A stretch of 64,000 nucleotides of DNA from Lingula anatina (lineage: Eukaryota > Animalia > Brachiopoda), in NCBI GenBank assembly GCA_051362555.1, contig CM120647.1, forward strand, positions 6,262,001 through 6,326,000. Direction: 5' to 3'. Each line of letters begins with the position of its first letter. Within the stretch, counting starts at the first letter, position 1. A model generated the notes under the pieces. That model searched no databases and was not told the origin of the DNA. It saw nothing but the letters and a program-made list of their open reading frames with translations. Position numbers and translations under genes: made by a program. Positions 52,840-64,000 of this stretch are shown piece by piece.

Positions 52840-53398
52840 TGGCTGGCTCCTCTACAGCCCCATTCGTTCTCCTGACCTCTGTTGCGACATATTTACCCTA
52901 TGTCAAAAGATAACTCGGTATCGACCTCTTGATTTTCAGATACTGACGGAACTTGAATTGGCTCTGTGGTTTTATTTACCACTCTACGGTACTTAAGAGA
53001 TAACGTCGTGGAAAAAAATGACACAATTTTGATGCAATCACGCACATGTTTCACAGCCGGTGGACGAGAACAAGGCAAACAGAAAAGAAATTTTGAAAGA
53101 GGAAGGAAGGGGTGGTGCCTATAATTAACCATTATAATTAATCTAATTAACCAGGGGATTGGTGTGGTGTCCTGACACGTAATATTTTCATGAATTACGC
53201 ATAATTAAAGAAGTGGACAGGGCCCATTTTACCCCCCCCCCACACACACTCCTCCACCCGATCCAGACCATACTACGCGTACATGTCAAGTCCATTTTAA
53301 AAATCGTGTCTGAAATTTTGTTCTCAGGATGATTATAAGAAAAATTGATTAAAACAAAGCGATAGGCAGCCCAGTCGATAGTACATGTCGTACATATA

Positions 53399-53491
53399 GA
53401 CTGAGTCTCCGCTGAATTTCTCATTGTTGGCAAAGGCAACGCACAAGGGGATGTTGTACTAAAAAGACTTCTCCTTGAGCTGGTTGATATT
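53399..53491 (-). mobile_element. Degenerate RTE-clade LINE reverse transcriptase fragment
   Basis: Minus strand reads NINQLKEKSF*YNIPLCVAFANNEKFSGDSV, resembling the RTE RT motif INQLxEKCREYNxPLCxAFVDYEKAFDSV, with a stop codon. Confidence 0.7.
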
Positions 53492-54175
53492 AAAGTAGAA
53501 CTAGATATCGAGGGCTGCAAAACAGATAACAGATAACAAAATCTCAAATTTTGTATGGGGACCTTGGTATACGAGGGGGTGGGGGGGGAGGTCCAAAAAG
53601 ATGCATTTTAAATTAACATTTTCTATTGGGACAATTTTCCCTAGATCTGTATAAAGGACGTGCAAGTTTTGTGTGGTGTAAGTTTTTATCCCTCATGTAC
53701 TATCATTTTGCAATCACAACTCAATACGCTGAATAATTTTGGCTACTCGAACACTGTTCAACATGTCATGGGAATTTTCCTGATCTCCGTTTGAATATTA
53801 TTCTTGCCAACTTCAATGGTTTGGAAATTGTTGACATAGACACTGTCATTACATGCGGGTATCCCCACAGAAAGCAATCGAAATAAATGGGGTCGGTCTG
53901 GAGCATGTGCACGGGTAGTCCATGCGCAGGCTTACCCAACTACCAGACTCGGCACCGAATGATCCTGAATTCACCGGTAGATCAGACCACACTACCCGTT
54001 TTCAAGGTGTGTGTCAGGTCGCATTACACAGTATCATACCCTGAACAAATTTTGAGTGGTGATGCAATGCTTTTCAACCCCGTCACTATCGTCACTATCA
54101 CATCGCGTACTAAGCAAGAGCGGTGTCGCGTCTGATACTGTAGGCCTGATACGATGGGGGACCTAAATTTTGTTA

Positions 54176-54400
54176 AACCCTTTACACTGAACGGCGTCCA
54201 TTCTGCGTCCTTTTTCGTTAATTGAAACTGGCATCGCTGTGGTCGTAGAAAGGAGACACAAGCATAGCTTTGGTTGTAGAATAAATGCTTAATGATTGGC
54301 CAGTAGTCGGCACTTAAAGTATTATTATTTTTTCACTCTCAAACGGGTCTGTACTACGTATACGGGACGCAGAAAGGACGCCGTCCAGTGTAAAGGGGGC
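54176..54400. mobile_element. MITE with ~33-bp TIRs
   Basis: ccctttacactgaacggcgtccattctgcgtcc ... ggacgcagaaaggacgccgtccagtgtaaaggg. Confidence 0.7.
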
Positions 54401-54425
54401 TATACAGACTACTAGCAATGACAAG

Positions 54426-54673
54426 GACTCGGTTCCCATCTCTAGATCGATCTAACAGGATCGGTCCATCTCCATGGGGTCCCTCGCTAAATTGCTTTCA
54501 GCCCAAGCGGCTTAGATGTCTGGGACGCCCACTAAAGCTGCTAAACGATAGTTAATAACCCCCTACAGCCTCAGCATGCGTGACAGACATCTAAGCCGCC
54601 CAAGTTAATTGCGAGAATCCCCTCGGAGATAGTTCGATCCAAAGTTAGTACGATAGTCTCTGGGAATGGTCTC
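54426..54673. mobile_element. Palindromic MITE, relative of 38307-38561
   Basis: Inverted, diverged copy with the same termini and internal arms. Confidence 0.75.
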
Positions 54674-56445
54674 TAGGGGCACCCTGTGATCATTACAGCA
54701 GACGGAAGGAGAAACTAAATGTGGTAGTTGAGACAATGTCTGTGCAAAAATGCGCACAACTTTTGACGCAATCACACTCACGTTTCACAGCTGGTTGAAG
54801 AGAATGTGATTATTGTACTAGGGAAGAAAGGAAACTACATTAGGAGCTGGGCGAAACATTTAGAAAAAACTAATGAAAGATATAATTAAAAAAAAAAAAC
54901 TGTCAGCGATTTATGATGACCATCATCACGTATTCAAACATCACGTATTTGAGGCAAAGGTATACCTTTAAATTTGGCTTAAAGAAGTGGGCCGGGGCCG
55001 CCCCCCCCCCCCCCCCCCCCCCCCCCCGCCCCCTAGCCCTGGCTTCCCGTGCTATGGACTGACGTGTTTGAAAAAAGTAACTAGACTCAGACGATTTGAC
55101 ATGGGTTCGATCACGATCAGATTACATTTATATGCTATTTCTTTATTTAAACTTCTCGTCAGTATGGTGAGGGATAGTTAAAACTACAGAGCGAGTTCGA
55201 ATTCCGATGGCATTAAAAAGACACGTGATCAAAATCGGGTTTGCTTTTGATAACGAGTAAATGGGGAAGTATGATTCAACAGAAGTCACGAGAAAGAATG
55301 CACACCCTTGAAGGCATAAGAAGGTCAACATTTGCAAAAGAAAAGATAAATAGAGTTTTGAATAAGTAATCAATGAGAAACTAATAATTGAAAAAAAGAT
55401 AAAACTAAAAAAAGTTTTAGATTGAAAAAGATTGAGAACCCATTCAATAAAAATTTAAACTACTTCAGAAAAATTTAACAAACTACACTGGCTAAAGTGA
55501 CTCATATATTTAGTGCCCCAATCGTTTAATTCATTCACAAACACAGGATTATAAATTATTGATTAAATGAGAAAAACATTCACATTATTGTTAGAGGACA
55601 GTTTTAACTTTTCACTTCCATAAATTCTGGCATAGTTTATGTCATAATCATATTCTAAAACAGCATTCTCAATTTGTATATAACTCACAGAAGTTTTTCT
55701 ATAATGGTATGTCTACACCCCGCCCACATTCACGCACCCGTACACGTGCGCGCATGCTGTCTTCTGTAGTTTCCCTTCTTCTTAGATGTGTCAACAATAT
55801 CTGTGCAACACAACTGTCCTTTGAATTCAAGTAGTTTTATGTACTCTTCCGTATTTTATAACAAATGCTCAATACCAGGCATATACAAGTATAGAAATGG
55901 ATTAAGAGCAAAGTTCACGCTGGCTTTTCACGTTTGAAAACGTCCATGACAGAACGTTAAGTAGTAGGCGTCCTTTGTGCTTTGATAATTTTTTTTCAAA
56001 ATAAATTATCAATAAATTAATAAAAACCCATACCAAAGCTGACTAGCTACTTGGTGTCATTGCCCAAGCTTGGTGCAAAAAGCGACACCATCACCAAAGT
56101 AATTAACTCATTAACTCGTCAAGTTTAATAATGAATTTGTCCAATTTCACGTGTTGCTATGCTGACTCCATTGGGGCAAACGACGGCTTTCACAATATGC
56201 CTAATGCAAAAATATAAATGTTACGTTACATTGAAAAAGATGGTGTTTTTCTCCCTCCGATCCAGGGAACGATGCAGGATCACATGGGAATTAATTCAAC
56301 AATAAATCTAGGTTAAATTTGCAGTGAGTTCAGTTACATATCACTAGGCTTACTTGTCATTTCGTGCTTGTATCATTTGGTGTTATTAGTCATAAAAATT
56401 CTGTCATCACTGTATCGCGTGAAAGTCACGCTTTCTAAATAATGT

Positions 56446-56961
56446 CTAAATAATGGTGCAGCTATCGGATGAACGGCGTCTAGCCTGGCGATTCCCTCCA
56501 CTCAGTCCCTGAATGCGACTTTCGAAACTCTTAATCGGGTTGATGAAATTATTCTCAATCCACGACATCTTGAAAAACATGATTTTTTGCACGCGTTTGC
56601 GCTCACCGCCGATCATGATGCTGTCGGAGACAACGAAGGTGTGGTTCACGGCGCTGAGTTCGTAGAACTCGTTGCTGAAATCATGGCACATTTCTTCGCT
56701 ATGGAAAATGCATTTGTTGATCAATTCGTCGGGGCTGATCAGCAGACAGAGAATCAATAATTGGTTGGTCTCTTCTTCCGACAAGCTTGAATAATTCTTA
56801 TAATCCCTCAGACGCCGGATTTCTCCGGAGCTGTCCAAGTTAAGCACGGTGCAAATGCAGTTAAGATAGTACATCAGCTTGGCTTTGGGGTTGTTGGGGA
56901 TGGTGCATGGCGTTGTGGTCCTCTTTAAGCCGATCTGGAGTCTTCCCATAGCAGCCGCCAT
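56446..56961 (-). CDS. Uncharacterised 171-aa protein, copy 4, polybasic + CaaX (CTII)
   Basis: Intact intronless ORF; ends RQARRRSSDSCTII*; 11 aa differences from copy 2 by manual alignment. Confidence 0.9.
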   Translation of the reverse strand: MAAAMGRLQIGLKRTTTPCTIPNNPKAKLMYYLNCICTVLNLDSSGEIRRLRDYKNYSSLSEEETNQLLILCLLISPDELINKCIFHSEEMCHDFSNEFYELSAVNHTFVVSDSIMIGGERKRVQKIMFFKMSWIENNFINPIKSFESRIQGLSGGNRQARRRSSDSCTII

Positions 56962-57130
56962 TTCTGATATAGCCAGTAGACTCTTTCAAATACGGTAAAA
57001 TGTCTCTTAAATGTTAGCGGCAGTTTACTCACAAGCAGACGCATCAAAGTCAAATCCGAGAATGCGAAAGAACATTAGACGTAATGACATAAATCCGGGG
57101 CTCGATCCAGGGTCTCTTCTGACATCATAG

Positions 57131-57156
57131 ATATAAATAGATCCGAAAACGAAACT
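57131..57156 (-). promoter_or_regulatory. Consensus ISRE + TATA-like module of copy 4
   Basis: GAAAACGAAACT at 57145-57156 matches GAAANNGAAACT exactly and sits next to TATTTATAT on the gene strand. Confidence 0.55.
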
Positions 57157-58969
57157 AGTTCATGCAGGATCGATGCAAAAATCTTAAGGATGTTGTCACC
57201 CTTTTTCCAAAACTCCTTATCTACTGCCTTACATAGGCCTACATTATTTTTTGGTAAAAATTAATCGTCAGAATTTAGTGACTAAATTAATTATCATTGA
57301 CACATATGTCATCTTACGGGTGACGTCATAATTGCGATTTGTGGATAAAAACTGAAAAATCGGTTTTTCAAATTCCTCTTTTACCTGAGCACCCAAGATC
57401 ACCGTTAACGCCGATTTAATAACACCATTTAGTACTCCAAAACCCTGCCAGCGATTTTTCTTTTTGTATTTTTTCAAGGTTATTAATGAGTAAATGCAAA
57501 TGACTAACCACTAGCTCAATAATTTGCAATTAAGTCGGTGTTGCCAAAGCATGTATCTCAAGCAATTTGATTCGACTGTACTAGTTGGCCTACTCCTACT
57601 CCGAGATGGGACTCATTTAGACCAAAAATATCGTGCATAAAGTAGACCGGGTATATCATATATATAAATAATGCGATGATAAAATATACGCCCAGTCCAT
57701 AAATTGACCTGTTTAAAGTTCACCTTTATTCGTATTTATTAGCTTTGTTTTAAAATGCTTTTCCGATAAACCAACCTTGGCGTTGGTGAGTTGGGTACCT
57801 TGGAAATGTGTTTTAGGCGCAATTGTTATTAAATTTTTGTTTACGGTGCAGGTACTCTATCTTGTATTATTTTTCATAACATATGGGACAGTACTTTAAA
57901 GAATTCTTCCAAGAAATCGACCTTGACCCCTCCAAGTAGGTGACGTGTTGCAAAGATGGTTGTTTTTGAATTCATACAACGAGGATGGCCATCTCTTTCT
58001 TGGGGATATTTTTTTCAGTTTCATTTTAGTGGTTAGCAATTTGCGTAAAGGCACCTAGCGTCCGTAGAACGTGGATTTACAGTAACGCATACAATCCACT
58101 TCTGATATACATAGTTCTTCGGTTTTTGTGTCAAAGAAAATTACTTTATATGCCACTTTCACGCATAAGCACCGTTTGGGGTCAAGGTCAAAACAAAGGG
58201 GGCGTATCTCGTCCATACTTCAAAGATATCAAGATAGATATTTAGTTAATGATGAACCAAATAATTGTGGAGTTGATCAAAATCCCTGTAATAAATCATC
58301 GATTAATATCTTCCAAGAAATCGACCTTGACCTCTCAAAGTAGTCCAGGTGTTGCAAAGATGGTTATAATTGAATACATATAACGAAGATGGCCATCTCT
58401 TTGTTGGGAATATTTTTCAGTTTCATTTTAGTGGCTAGCCTTGTTAAGATTCACCTAAATGTACATTTGAAACTAGCGTCCGTAGAATGTGGATTTGCAG
58501 TAACACATAAACCACTTCTAGTAGTTCTTCGTTTTTTTGTGTTTGGGTCAGGGTCAGATTTTTATATCAGAAGGTAAAGCATTTTTGAACAAAGGAAGAC
58601 GTATCTCGCCCAAACTTTAAAGATATCAAGATAGATATATAGTTAATGATGAACCAAATAATTGTGGAGTTGATTAAAATACCTATAATAAATCATCGAT
58701 TAATATCGATTCTGCGTGTTCTTGAGGCAATAATGTGACTGTCGATTTGGAGGGACCTTATCGCTAAGTTTTTTGTTATTATCATGGCAATTTTGAGGCT
58801 CCGGTTATGTACCGGAGATACGTTTAACATTTTATTATTTAGTTTCCGAGTTTGATGTCATTTCACCTTAGACCAAAGCCGCAGTTTAAAAGTCATTTCA
58901 GGCTTAAAAACACTAGCTAACATCTTAAACAGGCGCCATGAATTTATTTTAGACCCTAACCCAAACGTT

Positions 58970-59003
<34 letters not shown>

Positions 59004-60826
59004 TCAACATCACAAAGGTATGTTGGAAGAGGGGAACTATACCATATAGCCGAAAGTGAACATGTAAGTTTCACAAATGACAGATGACTAACTTTGGACT
59101 ATAGCTGTGCCATGGATGAATATTTTTTAATTCAATGGACAATTTTACGATCCATAAATCGGTTTCTGAGTTCCGATTTTTATATTAATCAGCCAGTCTG
59201 GTGCACGTAAAATGAAGACAAGTAGGAAAGGGTGGCGCAAAAAGCCCAGTTGGGGCAAAAAAACAATTTGCAATTTTTCTTTAATAACGCGAGACTTAGT
59301 CCACATGACACTAAGCCAAATTCCGCATAGCAGACGACGTGTGTGTATCTAGCCAAAGCCCAGCCTCACCAATAGGTACGTATTTTACAGGGTTTTATAA
59401 AGAGGAACAACCTCAGCGTGTGCCAGCCCTAAGCAACCAGCTGAAGGGCCCAAAAATTTCGGTATTTTAGAGGGCAAATGGTGTCATTTGGTACTTTTTA
59501 GAACTATGATTCAGCTAGTCAAAATTCTAATTTCAAGAGAGGACCATTGGTGTAATTTTTTTCAGAAACTAAAGGGGTATAGGAGCCCCCTGACACCCCC
59601 CCCCCCCCCCCCAAAATCCGCCACTTCTAAGTGAGTCTTTTTTTAGTGCTGAAACCATTAATTTTATTCGATCGATGTGGACTTTTGTATTTAGAACGGA
59701 CTGTCAAATACAGTGTAAATCCTTAATGTGGAATATCTTTTTTTATCGTTGTTATTTTTGAGTGCATATTAAAACTTTTTTGTTTTATTGTTCAAAAGAG
59801 TATGTTATTGAGCGATAAAAATATCCAGTTTTCTGTTGTGATATATTTTGGTTAATAATATCATATCTGACATAAGGTGTCATCCAAAAGAAAAGAACAC
59901 CCCCAGATTGGCAAACATTTTAGGCCACCCCTGTTACGTAATAACTGGTACTACTACTTTTTATGTTAAATATGAATACCACGTAAGTCACCCAGTCGTA
60001 TTTTACATAAAGGAGGTTTTTCCATCTAATACATGGGCCATATCAACAAATAAAATAAAAATTACTAAAATTCAAATGGCGCAAAGGGGCGTCACGATTT
60101 GATTGTGATGGAAATCCACAAGCTTTGATCTGTTTTTACTGATTGATTAATTGATCGAGTTCATGTCGCAGTTGGGAATTCCTCCCCTATACGTTATTTT
60201 TGTCTAGATCCAGTGGGGGAAACAGTCAATGCTTTAGAGGAGATAGCATACGATCGTAAATGTGCTACTACCGATTGGGCTGCGAGAACACACTACTATC
60301 CGATGTTTATTCTTTTTTCATTAGACAAAATTTCAGAAACGATTTAAATAGAAATAGCATCTACGTATTGATTGGTCCTAATCGAACCCACGAAAAATTG
60401 TCCTATTCCAGTCATGGCACTTCCCTTCAAACGCTCCAGTCCTAAGCGCAGGGAGGGGGGGGGGGGTGCAATGTACCCTATCCTCTTCTTTAAGTCAAAT
60501 ATATCCTCAAATAAACATTTAATATATTACGTAGCGGGACAAGACAACAATGAACAGAGCATCAAGCATGTGATTTAAATCACTGATTTTTGTTCGTTGT
60601 TTTTAGTACCTTTTAAAATTCCTTTTTATTTATTTGCCGTCAACCAACTGTGAAACATGAGCGTGATTAAGTCCAAATTGTGTGTATTTTTTATCGCAAA
60701 GGGTGTAGTGTAGCAAGGTCACAGAGCGAGTTGGAGTTCCCTCACTATCGGGAAATTCCAATGTCGATGCTAAGTTACCTTTTGACATAGGGTAAAGAAG
60801 TCAGGAGAACAAATGGGGCTCTCGTG

Positions 60827-60867
<41 letters not shown>

Positions 60868-61175
60868 TCCTTTAATCATTAATAAATTAAAAAGCAACTC
60901 TAAAAGTAGATTAATTTCAAAAGTAAAAATGATTGAAAACCAACTCAATCAAGGATTAAAACCACTTTAAGTATTTTGTACAAACTACATGTGGCTAAAA
61001 GGGAGTATTTTATATAGTGCTCGAATCATTTATTTGATCAACACGAACATGAAAATGATAAATTACTGATTAAATGATAAAACATTTACATCAGAAGAAA
61101 AAACAAAACTGCAAATCGGAAAATGTGTTCGTCTCTCCAACCTACATGTAGTACTTATCCTAGGAACTTATCATC

Positions 61176-61222
<47 letters not shown>

Positions 61223-62317
61223 TTGTGATGTGAGATGAATGAACAAAGACATGAACACTTTTTAGGTCAGGGTCAGATATTTAGATAAAGAGGTAGAGCA
61301 TTTTTGACCAAAGAGGGCGTATATCGTCCATACTTAACAGATAGCAAAGGAGATATTTAGTTAATGACGAACCAAACAATTGCGAAGTTGATCAAAATCC
61401 AGATAATAATTCAATAATAATTATCAATTTTGATAACTGTGATTCAGCTTATCAGTTTTGATAAACTATGATTCAGCAAGTCAAAATTCTAATTTCAAGG
61501 GGGGACCATTGGTGTGATTTTTCTCAGAAATCGAATGGGGGGTGGGGGTCAGACACCCTTAACCCCCTTAAACCGCCACTGGGGAGTCAATAGGTTGAAG
61601 AAATATCTCAGACAAAGTGGTACCCATCATCGTTGTATGAATGGTAATTTTGTACATGTATGAATTCAATAAACATCTTCCGTGTCACATGAACCACTTT
61701 GCAAGGTCAAGGTCGATTTATTAGAAGATGCCTTTTTAAACAAAGCACTTAGTCCTTTATGATGTGAATATAATGTAAAATACCTGCACAGTTAATATTT
61801 AATAACAATCACGCTCGGTACATGTTATCAAAACACTTCACTTTGTGATGTCGGGGTTGGTTTCTTGGAAGAAGCATTTCTAACAAAACACTCTATTGAT
61901 TAACCTACCAGTACTATGAACTGGTGACTGGTGTCAACATGAACTTAGAGAAGATGTTCGCATGGAATAAAAATAATTACCACGATATTTAGGCCTATAT
62001 ATATGATATGTCCCGTCTAATATATACAAGACATTTCGGGGTTGAATGGGTCCCGCAACAAACCTTCATTAGTAGACCTCTCTGGTGACATGCTTTGAAA
62101 ACACCGATTTAATAGCAATCGACACTGTTGAGCTGAATTTGGACCGACTCATAACCTACCTTGAAAAATTCAATCAGAGCTTAAATCTCATTTTTAAATT
62201 CATCGACAAAATTGAAATAACCTTGTGTATCTGTGTATCTCTTTGTTTTTTTAGTGTAAGGTCTCTACAGAGTGCAAATCTAGGCTTAAGATTTTTTGCA
62301 TCGATCCTATACGAACT

Positions 62318-62342
62318 AGTTTCGTTTTGGGATCTATTTATA
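62318..62342 (+). promoter_or_regulatory. ISRE-like + TATA-like module of copy 5
   Basis: AGTTTCGTTTTGggatcTATTTATA, identical to copy 3. Confidence 0.5.
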
Positions 62343-62509
62343 TCTATGATGTCAAGAGAGACCCTGGATCGAGCGATATATGCCATTACGTGTGTTATTC
62401 TTTACCATTCTCGTTTCTGACTTTGATGCGACTGCTTGGGTGTAAACTGTCGCTAACTTTTAAAAAGTCATTTTAACGAATTTAAAAGAGGCTACTGGTT
62501 ATAACAGAG

Positions 62510-63025
62510 ATGGCGGCTGCTATGGGAAGACTCCAGATTGGGTTGAAGAAGACTGGTACGAAAGTTACCGTCCCCGACAACCCCAAAGCCAGGCTGATGT
62601 ACTATCTTAACTGCATTTGCACCGTGCTTAAATTGGATAGCTCCGGCGAAATCCGGCGTCTGAGGGATTATAAGAATTATTCGCGCTTGTCGGAAGAAGA
62701 GACCAACCAATTACTGATTCTCTGCCTGCTCATCAGCCCCGATGAATTGATGAACAAATGTATTTTCCACAGCGATGAAATGTGTGGAGATTTATCAAAC
62801 CAGTTCTACGAGCTTAGCGCCGTGAACCAAACCTTCGTTGTCACCGACAGCATCATGATCGGCGGTGAGCGCAAACGCGTGCAAAAAATCATGTTTTTCA
62901 AGATGTCGTGGATTGAGAAAAATTTCATCAACCCGATAAAGAGTTTCGAAAGCCGCATCCAGAGATTGAGCGGAGGGAATCGGCAGGCTAGACGCCGTGA
63001 ATCCGATAGCTGCACCATTATTTAG
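62510..63025 (+). CDS. Uncharacterised 171-aa protein, copy 5, polybasic + CaaX (CTII)
   Basis: Intact intronless ORF; one aa difference from copy 3 (H to R in the basic tail). Confidence 0.9.
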   Translation: MAAAMGRLQIGLKKTGTKVTVPDNPKARLMYYLNCICTVLKLDSSGEIRRLRDYKNYSRLSEEETNQLLILCLLISPDELMNKCIFHSDEMCGDLSNQFYELSAVNQTFVVTDSIMIGGERKRVQKIMFFKMSWIEKNFINPIKSFESRIQRLSGGNRQARRRESDSCTII

Positions 63026-63884
63026 AAAGCGCGACCTTCATTGATCCAGTGATGCCAGGACTTTTCTTTGAACAATAACGCTAAATGGTACAAGCATAAA
63101 ATGACAATGAAATTGGACTCATTCGATATCTGACTGAAATATCCTTGCTGAATGAATTCTTATGAATTCCTGACTCGCTTTAAATGGATGAGAGAGACAA
63201 ATACACCCCCTTTTCTTGCTTACAAACTTATCATTTTTTACAATATGGTAAATGCCGTAGCTTTCCCAAAGGAATCAACATAGAAGGAATGAAATTGGAC
63301 AAATTCAACATCATACTTGACAATCCTTGACGAGTTTATTCCTTTGGTGATGGTACCGCTTTTTAACATCATGCCCGGACAAAGACAAAAAGTAGCCAGA
63401 CAGCTCGTTAATTTACTGATAATTAATGTTCAACAGTGGAACAAATCAAAGGATATCACAATTAACGTTATTATTATCGTCGCTTGTTAATCAAGAATGG
63501 CCTGTTTAAACTTTGGTGCAATCGTTTCCAGTTTGAACACATATTTGACCATTTTTCATAAAATGCGAAAGTACATATTTTGTATATTTTCATATTTTAA
63601 AAGGAAATTGATGTTTTTCACAGTAACTGTTGTTAACACATTTTAATTAAACAGAGAAAATGCTGCTATGCAGAAGTTACATGTATGCAGGGTTGTTATG
63701 CAGAAAGTGCGGAAGACGGCACGTGTGAGGGCATGTGTTTGGACGTAGATGTGCTTTCACCAAAACTTTTGTAACTTTACAACTTGAGAATGTTGTTGCA
63801 GGTTATCTTACTGAAAAAAAAAAACAATTCCAGAACAGATAGAAGTGAAAAGTTAAAACTGTTTTAATTTTAATATCTTAATAT

Positions 63885-64000
63885 TGTAACGCGCGAGGTC
63901 GCCGCGTCGGCGCACGACCCCGGACGCGACGTGGGAATATGGTGTTGAAACAGGGAAAGTATATCCCGGTCCTTCGAAATTAACAACAAAGGCATATGGT
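63885..64000. mobile_element. Edge of an insertion, possibly an LTR (starts TGTAAC)
   Basis: Homology to unit A ends exactly at atatcttaatat|TGTAACgcgcg, followed by CpG-rich sequence; truncated by the window end. Confidence 0.5.

Larger units (their letters stand above)
57514..63884 (+). repeat. Segmental duplication unit B
   Basis: Partner of 45985-52290; homology stops abruptly at 63885. Confidence 0.92.

Overview
AT-rich animal genomic DNA, probably a lophotrochozoan invertebrate such as a mollusc (taxon is inference). Bases 1-27.2 kb are non-coding and look like a very long intron with MITEs and mini/microsatellites. Bases 27.2-34.1 kb (+) hold eight spliceable exons of an insulin receptor substrate (IRS/chico-like) gene. 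They encode an IRS-type PTB domain and a long tail with eight YxxM motifs, YxN motifs and two C-terminal SHP2-type tyrosine motifs; I found no PH-domain exons in the window. From about 36.7 kb to the end lies a cluster of five intronless paralogues of a ~171-aa protein I cannot assign to a known family, built by inverted and ~11.5-kb tandem duplications. Four copies end in a polybasic stretch plus a CaaX prenylation box. All five share a promoter module of an ISRE/IRF-type element next to a TATA-like box. The first copy has lost its CaaX tail and carries a Harbinger-derived insertion near its predicted transcription start. This cluster is the best candidate for an undescribed system, hypothetically an IRF-inducible, membrane-anchored immune effector family.
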